Shown here: positions 27,397-36,400 of the stretch, piece after piece
How the letters are laid out: each line of letters starts with the position of its first letter
Numbering within the stretch: the stretch's first letter is position 1
Origin: Planctomycetota bacterium
Lineage (GTDB): Bacteria; Planctomycetota; UBA8108; UBA1146
NCBI GenBank assembly: GCA_050256555.1
Contig: JBBWWC010000067.1
Coordinates: 1-45,665, forward strand
Length of the DNA: 45,665 bases
Direction of reading: 5' to 3'
Notes under the pieces: generated by a model
Databases searched by the model: none
What the model saw: only the letters and a program-made list of their open reading frames with translations
What the model was told of the DNA's origin: nothing
Position numbers and translations under genes: made by a program

Positions 27397-27675
27397 TTAC
27401 GGGCAACCCCCGTAACTATCGCATCCCAATCCATCATCGGGAGTCATATCAACCCCGCACGCTGTGGGTCCTGGGGCCGAAGGAGGCGGGCCATTCTGGA
27501 ACTGATAGTTCAGAACAAAGATGATGTCGGAGATATCATGGCCTCCATCGTCATTTGAATCAGTTGCATCGGCGCAGCCAGAAGCCGGTCCTCCCAGCAT
27601 GAGTGTGTAAAGCATGTAGATCGCATCTGCGATGTCGACACTTCCATCGTCATTTGCATCGCCACGACGGAAACT
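27397..27675 (-). other. Dockerin-like double EF-hand module plus Cys-rich tail (C-terminus of giant protein 1)
   Basis: FRRGDANDDGSVDIADAIYMLYTLMLGG...DSNDDGGHDISDIIFVLNYQF...CGVDMTPDDGLGCDSYGGCP. Confidence 0.7.
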
Positions 27676-30600
27676 CGGCTCACACTCATCAGGCAATCCA
27701 TTTACATTTGCATCTGGACTGGTACCGGAAGCCATGTCGCATTCATCTGGGACACCGTTGCCATTGCAGTCTTCGCTACTACCGCTGCTCAGATCACAAA
27801 CATCGGGCGAACCGTTATCATTGCAATCTGTATCACACTCATCGGGAGTTCCATTGCCATCGCAATCCGCAGAAGACCCAGCAGCAATATCGCAGACGTC
27901 TGGAGATCCGTTACCATTACAATCCGCTTGCGGCACAACTATCGTCACCGTCTGCTCAACCGTGGTTGTGTTTCCATGATTATCCATGGCAGTCCACTGA
28001 ATCAACGTACTTCCGTGATCGAATGATCCACTGGCATTATCAGTTCCATTGAGATCATTGGACAAACTCACAACAGTGCAGTTATCAGAAGTTGTTGGCG
28101 TTGGAATATTCACCGTTGCTGTACATATGCCTTCGGGTGCGGGGATTGAAACATTTCCACTTGTTGCAATCGTCGGAGCCTCTTCATCGTCAACTGTTAC
28201 GCTAAACTGCGCAGTAGTTACGTTTCCGTTGGCATCCGATTGTGAATAATTCACCGTTGTTGTACCTACCGGGAAGAAATCTCCAGGTTGGGCACTGGCA
28301 ACGAGCTCACCGAGAGCGCAGTTATCACTCGCAGTAGGAGCATTCCAGTTCACATTTGCACCACACTCCCCAGGATCGGTCAATTGAGCGATGTCCTCAG
28401 GGACTCCCTCCAGTACCGGATCATGATTATCAATTACTGTCACGATGAACGTGTGCTGGCCAATATTGCCCTGACCATCGGCTAACGACAACGTCACAAA
28501 CGTGGTTCCAACGTTGAAGAACTGACCTGATTCATGACTGATCGTTAGATTTGTCGTTCCACAGTTGTCACTGACCTCGGCATCTGCCCATGTTGCCGTA
28601 GCTCCACAGGAATCCGGTCCCGAAACCAAAGTCATATCTTCAGGCGCTAGATCAAATTCAGGAGCCTGTGTATCACCAACCGTAACGGTGAAGGAGCTAG
28701 AAGCGGAGTTCCCAGCAGTATCTTCGACAGTGTAAGTCACTGTTGTATCTCCAACAGGGAAGAAATCACCGGAAGTGTGCGTTCTGGTAACAGCGCTATC
28801 TGGACAGTTATCAGAAGTCGAAGGCTCTGCCCAACTCATACTCGATCCACATTGATCCAGTTCGTTTCCAGCAGACATATCTTCGGGCATTCCAAATATC
28901 TGTGGCGCTTCATTGTCACTAACGGTGACTGAGAACTCGTGAGTATTTGCATTTCCATTAATATCCTGAAGAGTCATCAGGACTGCAGTTCTGCCCACCG
29001 GGAACTGCATACCAGAAGTGTAATTCGATCCCATGGAAAGAACGCCGCAATTGTCTGAGGTCGTAGGCGCATCCCAAATCGCTGTAGCAACGCACTGCCC
29101 TGGGTTCGTATCAAGCACCATGTCACCCGGGCTCGTCTCAAAGGTAGGAAGCTCGTCATCCTCGATCGTGATGACAAAGGCACTACTGGTTGAAAGCCCA
29201 TTCATGTCAGTAGCCGTGTATGTGACGGTGGTCGATCCGACCTGGAAGAAGCTAGAGGGCGGATGATTTGTAAAGAGACTCGAATTCGGGCAATTGTCAG
29301 TCGTGGTTGGAGGCGTCCAATCGATGACCGCACCACAAAAACCTCGATCGGCAGTCTGCGTCATCGAGCTTGGCATATCATGAATTTCCGGCAACTGGTC
29401 GTCAGTCACAGAAATTAAGAACTCATATGTTGTCGATTGTTGGTGAATATCAGTCAATGTCATCACGACCGTGGTATCTCCGAGCTGGAATGTGTCTCCT
29501 GATTGATGACTTGAAGTCATCGAAGGGGCTCCACAATTATCAGAAGTAACAGGCGCTTCCCAGGTCGCAACTGCACTACATTGATCGGTATCAGTGCTGA
29601 GACTTTGTGATGACGGAGCACTTTCAAACAATGGCGCTTCATCGTCGGTCACGGTGATCGTGAACGAACTCAGAACCACGTTGGTGCTGCTATCTTCTAA
29701 TGTGTAGGTCACTACCGTGTCCCCTACATCAAAGAAGTCACCAGGGGCATGCGAGCTCGACAGTATTTCACCTGGGCAATTATCAGAAGTCTGAGGTGGA
29801 TCCCATGTAACAGCAGCACCACAAACTCCCAGATCTGCTGTCTGGGTCTTTCTTCCAGGCATTTCAAGAAGTTGCGGATTCTCGATATCGTTGACCGTCA
29901 CCGAGAAGGTGTGCATCGATGAGTTTCCATGAACATCCGTCAGAGTCATCATTACTTCAGTGGTACCGGTTGAGAAGAAGTGTCCTGAAGGAAGGCTAGA
30001 ATCCAGAGAAAGAACACCGCAGTTATCACTAGTGGTTGGAGAATCCCAGCTAGCTACCGCACCACACTGTCCCCCATCGGAATCCAAGGTCATATCACCT
30101 GGAGCAGTAAGATATTCTGGATTTTGGTCATCGAGAACAGTTACAGTGAATGAAGCAGAAACACTATGGCCGTTGTCATCTGTACTCGTGTACGTGACAA
30201 CTGTATCGCCCATGGCAAACAAGCTATTGTTCGGAACATCGGGCCCAAACGAAAGAATACCGCAGTTATCTGAAGAGCTCGGTTCGGTCCAGGTCGCCGT
30301 TGCTCCACAAACATCCGCATCATTGGTGATGGTCATGGAATCGGGCATATCTGCGATAACTGGATCTTCATCATCCGTGATGGTGATCGTAAACGAAGCC
30401 GTTCCTTGGTTACCCGCATTATCTTCTGCAGAAAACACGACCTCTGTGATTCCTAACGGAAACTCAGAACCTGAAAGATGGGAAGACGTCACCAGCGGAG
30501 GCAAGCTACAGTTGTCAGATGCAGCAGGCGATATCCAGTGCATCGTCGTTGAACAGCTACCAAGATCCGTGGTTCCTGTCATGTCTTGTGGCATATTCAG

Positions 30601-32706
30601 GAATCCTGGTGGAGTAGAATCCACTGCCTGCGCATCTTCACATTCATCAGGGATTCCATTGGTATTGCAGTCGATCGAAGATCCTGCTGCCAACTGACAT
30701 TCATCGGGAACGCCGTTGCTATCGCAATCAACAGTTAAACCCTGAGAGATGTCACAGGAGTCAATTTGATCATTCCCATTACAGTCTAGTAACGGCGTGC
30801 TAACGAGTTCACAAGCGTCCGGAATACCATCTCCATCGCAATCGATATCGCCGCCAGAAATCTGACAAACATCTAATTGACCATTGCTGTCACAGTCCGG
30901 TGCGCCGGTATCCATCTCGCAATCATCGGCAAGACCATTGAGGTCACAGTCAGTTTCTAAACCATTTGCGATGTCGCAACTATCCGGAATGCTGTTCGAA
31001 TTGCAGTCGTTGGCTCCCGCAAGAAGATCACAATCATCTGGCGTGCCATTTTCATCGCAATCGGTTTCGCAATCGTCAGGAACCGAGTTGCCATTGCAAT
31101 CACCACTGCTTCCCGAAAGGATATCGCAGCTATCAGGAATTCCGTTGTTATTACAATCTGGAGTTCCTGTTGATAGATTACATGCATCCGGAATTCCATC
31201 TCCGTCGCAATCAAGAGAAGTGCCAGCGGAGAGATCGCAAGAATCTAGAATACCGTTTCCATTACAATCCGGATGGCTTCCGTTGTTAATTTCACAACGG
31301 TCGTCCTGGCCATTCCCATCACAATCGGGCATGTCTTCGTTAAAAGTCATGACTACCGCTGGGATTCCTCCAGACAGAACTCCACTCCAGTCCCCATTCG
31401 TGGCAACCTTGGAACCATGCCGATCTCCATTGAGAGTTGTCGGAGGACGTAGAGATTCTCGAAGTTCCCAACCTGCGCCATTTCGACGATACAGGTGTGC
31501 TAATCCTTGAGCAGAATCAACATTGGGTTCTCCCACGAGCAATTGATCATCGCAGAGAGCCAAAGCACTGGCATAACGATTCGTTTGAGGATGCGTACTC
31601 ATCGTCTTGGAAGCCTGCGCCCAGGTTGTCGCACTACGATCAAAGGTATAAATAGCACCAACGGTTCCTGCTCCTTGGGGGCCACCCAAAGAATCGGTGG
31701 CAGAAACAACCAGTGTTGATCCACTGGTGGCGCAATTACTGCCAAAGCCAAGATTTTGAATGCTATCGTTCGCAGCAAGACTTCCCTGGAAAATCCAGGA
31801 ACCACCCAAATCTAGGTACATGTGAACGCGACCTGATCCTGCCGCAAATCCAGGAGACCCGACAAATGCCCAGCCACCTTCGGCGAGAGCAACTGAGCTA
31901 CCTGTTTCCTCGCCACCCCCGACGGGAGTGGTTTCCGATATATGAGCAGTACGTTCCCATCCGGTCCCCGTTTGAGACCAAATTTCAGCATATCCCGTCG
32001 GCTGGATCTGATCTGGGTTATTTGGATTTTCAGGAATGAGCTGAGGTGCACCGATAATAATATCAGAGCCGAGTATTGCGACAGACGTTCCATACTCGTC
32101 ACTCGGTGACGGAGCTTGCGCAGTCAATTTTGCGACCTGCATCCAACCCAGTTCATTACGGACAAAAACATAGGCAGCACCACGAGTAACAGAGCTAAAC
32201 GGTGCTCCAACAACAGCCACATCCCCATCAATGGCAATCGAGGAACCAAAACCGTCTTCAGACTCATTGTCTGCCGGGGCAATAAAGCCATCGCCAATCC
32301 AGAGAGTCCCGTGACGTCGATAAACTTCTATCAATCTCGGCGAGCCCGGTTCAGCTGGATCATCAACTTCATCTGCACCCAAAGGCTCAAATGGATCCGC
32401 AGCAAGCAAAGTATCACCGGACATGGCAATTACACTGGAAAGGGAACCAAACAAGACACTCGGAAAAACGGGTTCGCATACATCCAGGATTCCATTGGAA
32501 TTACAGTCCGCTAACGGATTTTCAGCACTCTCACAATCATCCGGAGTTCCATTACTGTTGCAATCAGCACTGAATCCAGTTGCGATATCGCTGGAATCGG
32601 ATTGTCCATTGTTATTACAGTCGGTGATGGGATCCTCTTGAGCCAATAGCTCAGTCGGTCCGACGAAAACGGTGAAGGCCAATACAGCCCAGAAGAAAAT
32701 ACGCAT
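27397..32706 (-). CDS. Giant secreted surface protein 1: signal peptide, Cys-flanked Ca-loop repeats, FG-GAP-like propeller, 11 HYR units, dockerin-like C-terminus
   Basis: I prefer ATG 32706 (GGAGG 7 nt upstream, MRIFFWAVLAFTVFVGPTELLAQ) over the track start at 32784. Domain order was read directly from the translation; see the sub-features. Confidence 0.9.
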   Translation of the reverse strand: MRIFFWAVLAFTVFVGPTELLAQEDPITDCNNNGQSDSSDIATGFSADCNSNGTPDDCESAENPLADCNSNGILDVCEPVFPSVLFGSLSSVIAMSGDTLLAADPFEPLGADEVDDPAEPGSPRLIEVYRRHGTLWIGDGFIAPADNESEDGFGSSIAIDGDVAVVGAPFSSVTRGAAYVFVRNELGWMQVAKLTAQAPSPSDEYGTSVAILGSDIIIGAPQLIPENPNNPDQIQPTGYAEIWSQTGTGWERTAHISETTPVGGGEETGSSVALAEGGWAFVGSPGFAAGSGRVHMYLDLGGSWIFQGSLAANDSIQNLGFGSNCATSGSTLVVSATDSLGGPQGAGTVGAIYTFDRSATTWAQASKTMSTHPQTNRYASALALCDDQLLVGEPNVDSAQGLAHLYRRNGAGWELRESLRPPTTLNGDRHGSKVATNGDWSGVLSGGIPAVVMTFNEDMPDCDGNGQDDRCEINNGSHPDCNGNGILDSCDLSAGTSLDCDGDGIPDACNLSTGTPDCNNNGIPDSCDILSGSSGDCNGNSVPDDCETDCDENGTPDDCDLLAGANDCNSNSIPDSCDIANGLETDCDLNGLADDCEMDTGAPDCDSNGQLDVCQISGGDIDCDGDGIPDACELVSTPLLDCNGNDQIDSCDISQGLTVDCDSNGVPDECQLAAGSSIDCNTNGIPDECEDAQAVDSTPPGFLNMPQDMTGTTDLGSCSTTMHWISPAASDNCSLPPLVTSSHLSGSEFPLGITEVVFSAEDNAGNQGTASFTITITDDEDPVIADMPDSMTITNDADVCGATATWTEPSSSDNCGILSFGPDVPNNSLFAMGDTVVTYTSTDDNGHSVSASFTVTVLDDQNPEYLTAPGDMTLDSDGGQCGAVASWDSPTTSDNCGVLSLDSSLPSGHFFSTGTTEVMMTLTDVHGNSSMHTFSVTVNDIENPQLLEMPGRKTQTADLGVCGAAVTWDPPQTSDNCPGEILSSSHAPGDFFDVGDTVVTYTLEDSSTNVVLSSFTITVTDDEAPLFESAPSSQSLSTDTDQCSAVATWEAPVTSDNCGAPSMTSSHQSGDTFQLGDTTVVMTLTDIHQQSTTYEFLISVTDDQLPEIHDMPSSMTQTADRGFCGAVIDWTPPTTTDNCPNSSLFTNHPPSSFFQVGSTTVTYTATDMNGLSTSSAFVITIEDDELPTFETSPGDMVLDTNPGQCVATAIWDAPTTSDNCGVLSMGSNYTSGMQFPVGRTAVLMTLQDINGNANTHEFSVTVSDNEAPQIFGMPEDMSAGNELDQCGSSMSWAEPSTSDNCPDSAVTRTHTSGDFFPVGDTTVTYTVEDTAGNSASSSFTVTVGDTQAPEFDLAPEDMTLVSGPDSCGATATWADAEVSDNCGTTNLTISHESGQFFNVGTTFVTLSLADGQGNIGQHTFIVTVIDNHDPVLEGVPEDIAQLTDPGECGANVNWNAPTASDNCALGELVASAQPGDFFPVGTTTVNYSQSDANGNVTTAQFSVTVDDEEAPTIATSGNVSIPAPEGICTATVNIPTPTTSDNCTVVSLSNDLNGTDNASGSFDHGSTLIQWTAMDNHGNTTTVEQTVTIVVPQADCNGNGSPDVCDIAAGSSADCDGNGTPDECDTDCNDNGSPDVCDLSSGSSEDCNGNGVPDECDMASGTSPDANVNGLPDECEPSFRRGDANDDGSVDIADAIYMLYTLMLGGPASGCADATDSNDDGGHDISDIIFVLNYQFQNGPPPSAPGPTACGVDMTPDDGLGCDSYGGCP
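27935..30625 (-). repeat. Array of 11 HYR (hyalin repeat) Ig-like units, ~81-83 aa each
   Basis: The recurring pattern is ..C(G/S)A.(V/A).W..P..SDNC....(L/S)....SG..F..G.T.V......D..GN.....F.(V/I)TV.D...P. Boundaries are approximate. Confidence 0.85.
30640..31335 (-). repeat. 13 tandem ~20-aa Cys-flanked loop repeats, D-C-(D/N)-x-(D/N)-G-x-P-D-x-C-(D/E)
   Basis: Examples are DCDGNGQDDRCE, DCNGNGILDSCD, DCDGDGIPDACN ... DCNTNGIPDECE. There are 3 more units at ~32480-32640 and 5 more at ~27676-27935. Confidence 0.85.
31340..32470 (-). other. FG-GAP / integrin-alpha-like beta-propeller region
   Basis: The repeated pattern is FG.S(I/V)A(I/L).GD..(V/I)(V/I)GAP......G(A/R)(A/V)Y(V/I)F. Examples are DGFGSSIAIDGDVAVVGAPFSSVTRGAAYVF, YGTSVAILGSDIIIGAP and GSSVALAEGGWAFVGSPGFAAGSGRVHMY. 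Confidence 0.65.
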
Positions 32707-33135
32707 GGGATTTCCTCCCACTCCCTTTCTGATCGGAATATTCCGATCCAGGGGCATTGCCGAACGCTCGGCATTTCTTTCCACGACGAAAGAGATAACC
32801 CCAAACCCAATTCAAGAATGAAAAGTCGACAAACCTCAGAAACCTCTCAGAAGGAAAAATAGTGTCCTTCAGAGCCAGGGATCCTTGTCAACTCTCCCGG
32901 CGATAATCAATACATTTTCAAACTAACTGCTTTTATACAAGAGCATATGTATTAACAAAAGCAGAAAACCGGGCTCCACGGGAAGATAAGTAGGTTTTTA
33001 TCCATCTATTTAAGAAGTAGTTACAACATTTTGGGATAAATGGGAGAAAAGGAAGTAAATGGTAAGCGAGAAGTAACATAAGCAAACTAATCGATAACAT
33101 ACGACATAACAGAAGACTCGATGGCAAATGAAACT
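32707..33135 (-). promoter_or_regulatory. AT-rich intergenic region, presumed promoter and 5-prime UTR of giant gene 1
   Basis: This is the only long non-coding gap in the giant-gene block and is visibly A/T-rich around 32,930-33,120. A TTGACA lies on the minus strand at 32886-32891, but I found no well-spaced -10 element. No specific promoter is called. Confidence 0.3.
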
Positions 33136-33177
33136 GGGGCGTTGGATTTTGCCCGATGGACAAAGACCCAACGCCCC
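33136..33177 (-). terminator. Candidate terminator hairpin of giant gene 2
   Basis: A 10-bp perfect stem GGGGCGTTGG (33136-33145) / CCAACGCCCC (33168-33177) has a 22-nt loop and lies 14 nt after the stop. The minus-strand tail AGUUUCAUUU is only moderately U-rich. Confidence 0.45.
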
Positions 33178-33190
33178 TCAAGCCCCAAGA

Positions 33191-33465
33191 TTATGGGCAG
33201 GCGTTATAAAGAGCGCAGCCCAGTCCATCGCCATCGGTCGGGTCAACTCCACAGTTATCGAATGGAGCAGGCGGCGGATTCGTACCATTGAACTGGAAAC
33301 CAAGAATCGTAATGACATCGGACACATCGATACTACCGTCGTCATTTGAATCGGCAGCATCGTCGCAGGTAGAATCAACTCCACCGGCAAACAGGTTCAC
33401 CAGCAAGAAGACGCCATCAGCAATATTCACAATGCCATCGCCGTTACCGTCACCCCGACGGAAGT
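33191..33465 (-). other. Dockerin-like double EF-hand module plus Cys-rich tail (C-terminus of giant protein 2)
   Basis: FRRGDGNGDGIVNIADGVFLLVNLFAGG...DSNDDGSIDVSDVITILGFQF...CGVDPTDGDGLGCALYNACP. It is collinear with the giant protein 1 C-terminus. Confidence 0.7.
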
Positions 33466-36400
33466 TCACCTGGCATGCGTCCGGAATCCCATCACCATCG
33501 AAGTCAGTCGCAGTTCCACTGATGAGATCACATGAATCTGGCACACCATTACCATTGCAGTCTTCTGCGAATCCTTCTGCGATCTCACATGAATCTGGTA
33601 TGTTGTTCTGGTTGCAATCGGAAAGTGATCCATCGATCAGCTCGCAAGTATCAGGGATTGAATTCCCATCGCAATCGGCAGCGGAACCATTACTGATCTC
33701 GCAGCTGTCAGGAATACCAGTAGCATTACAATCTTGTTCGACGCCGAGCAAAATTTCACAGCTATCAATATCTCCATCAAGATCGCAGTCAGCCCAAGCT
33801 CCGGAAGCTATGTCACAAGAATCTGGTAGTCCGTTATCGTTGCAATCGGAAGCTGTACCACTAAAGACTTCACAACTATCCGGTACTCCAGTCCCATCGC
33901 AATCATCTTCAACTCCGCTGGAGAGATCACATCCATCTGGGATTCCATTGTCATTACAATCGGCAACCTGTCCGTTTCCAATTTCGCAGTTATCGAGAAT
34001 GCCATTGCCGTCGCAATCAGCAAGACCTGCGGCGATGTCGCAATCGTCGGGCAATCCATTGCTGTTACAATCAGGCTCTGCTCCACTTGCGACTTCGCAA
34101 CTATCAGGGATTCCCGTCCCATTGCAGTCCAGAGCATTGCCACTCAGTAGATCGCAGGAATCCGGAATACCATTAGTATTACAATCAGGTGTTGCTCCGC
34201 TAGAAATCTCACAACTATCCGGCGTTCCATTATTGTCGCAGTCCAGTGCTGTACCGGAGTCAAGGTCACAGACATCCAGCGTTCCATTAAAGTTACAATC
34301 GGAAGAAACGCCCGTAGCTAGATCGCAAGCGTCCAGAACCTGATTGTCGTTACAGTCCGTATCCTGGCCCGCAACAAGATCGCAACTATCAAGTATTCCA
34401 TTTGCGTTACAGTCAGATGCCGTACCGGCATCGAGATCACATACGTCGAGACTGCCATTAAGATCACAATCAAGCGAAGCGTTATTAGAGATTTGACAAC
34501 TATCTGGAACACCATCAAGATCGCAGTCGGCCTCAATTCCTGAAGCAATATCACAGATATCAGGCTGGCTATTCCCATTGCAATCAAGTGCAAGTCCGTT
34601 GGAAATTTCGCAGGAATCAGGAACGCCATTCAGATCGCAGTCATTTTCTGTGCCGCTAGAAATTTCGCAACCATCAATGATCCCATCTGAGTCGCAATCT
34701 ACTTCTGTACCACTCGAGATCTCACAACCGTCTGGCATTCCATCTTCATCGCAATCGAACGCGGATCCCTGCTCGATTTCACAGCTGTTAGGAATCCCAT
34801 CTCCGTCGCAATCGGGCTGACAATCATCAGGTATTCCATCAAGATTACAGTCTGTGCTGGTACCAGTAGAAATATCGCAAACATCGGGATTGTTATTCCC
34901 ATTGCAGTCCGGGGAATCAATCAAAACAGTTACGATTCCAGCTGAAAAGGAAACGTTTCCATTGATATCCGTCGCCGTCCAGTTGATCAAAGTGTTGCCA
35001 CGTGTGTAGTAACCCGAAGCATTTTCCGTTCCGTTGAAATCGTTGACAACGACGACATCTCCACAAGCATCTAAAGTTTCAAGTGCAGGGACATCTACGT
35101 ACGATCCACATTCTCCCACTGGCGCTGTAACCGTCACTGGTAATGGAGGAACAATATTTGGGCTTTGGTTATCTTGAACTGTCACTGTGAATGTATCCAA
35201 AACGCTATTACCACTGGTGTCTGTTGCCACGTAGGTAACGATCGTCGATCCAACATTAAAGAAGGATCCAGGAGAGTGGCTGGATTCAAAGCTAGCAAGC
35301 CCGCATCCATCAACCCCAGTGGGGTCTAGCCAGCTAACACTTGTACCGCATAAACCAGAATCTGCGGAGTAGGTGAGATCATTCGGCATGCCAACGATCA
35401 CAGGGTATTCATCATCAAGCACTGTAATCTGGAATGAAGCAGTTACTTGGTTATTGGAAGAATCCGTTGCAACAACCAAAACCGTTGTTGTTCCAACTGA
35501 ATATTCCATACCAGAGTAGAAACTCGTGACTAGTTGTGAAACTTCGCAGTTATCAGTCGCTGTAGGTAAATTCCAGTTCACTGCTGCAGCACAATGTCCA
35601 GGAGGTGCATTGACGACCTGATTCAATGGGAGCGAAGTAATCACAGGAAGTTCCGTGTCATTGACTGTGACAACAAATGCATATGTTGATGCATTACCTG
35701 ACAAATCATTTGCAAAGTATTCGACAGTGGTTTGTCCAACTGGGAAGAAATCTCCAGAAGTATGAGTTGAACTGAACGTTGGAGTGTCGCAAGCATCTTC
35801 AATGATTGGATCATCCCAGGTAACCAAAGTTCCGCACTCTGAAACTGTATTTTCCACATCGATGGTGACAGGCAATCCAACGATTGAAGGGCCTTCGACA
35901 TCTGTAACAATCACATCGAAGAGAGATTCGATCTGGTTTCCTGAAGCATCCACCGTCAGGTAAATAACTGTTGTCGTGCCAACAGGGAAGAAATGTCCGC
36001 TTTCATGACTGCGCGTAACTTCCGCAACTTCGCAATTGTCAAAGCTGGAAGGTTCATCCCAAGTTGCGGATGCGCCACATAGTCCCGGTTCAGAACCCAA
36101 CTGGATTGAAACAGGGAGACCATGCAACACAGGATCTTCATTGTCTTCAACGGTTACGGTGAAGGAAGCACTGGAGACATTGCCATGAATATCAGTAGCC
36201 GTGTAAGTAACCGTTGTGGTACCAAGATCAAAGAGGCTGCTGTTCTCGATATCTGATGTAAGATTTTCGATACCACAGTTATCCGAAGCGGAAGGCGAAG
36301 CCCAGGCGACATCAGCCCGGCAATCTCCGAAATCATTCGAAACAACCATATCAGCTGGCATATTAAAGATCTGAGGAAGTTCATGGTCGTTAACTCTGAC

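Noticed and set aside
32933-33181. 82-aa minus-strand ORF in the giant-gene spacer
   Set aside because: It lies in AT-rich intergenic DNA and overlaps the terminator hairpin. It is hydrophobic low-complexity sequence with no RBS.
33288-34343. Long plus-strand ORFs inside the giant genes (for example 33288..34343, 29960..30697, 30884..31510) with SQSSGIPLPLQS-type periodicity
   Set aside because: They are antisense images of the 60-nt loop repeats and HYR units. They have no RBS or starts of their own, and the periodicity simply mirrors the sense-strand repeats.
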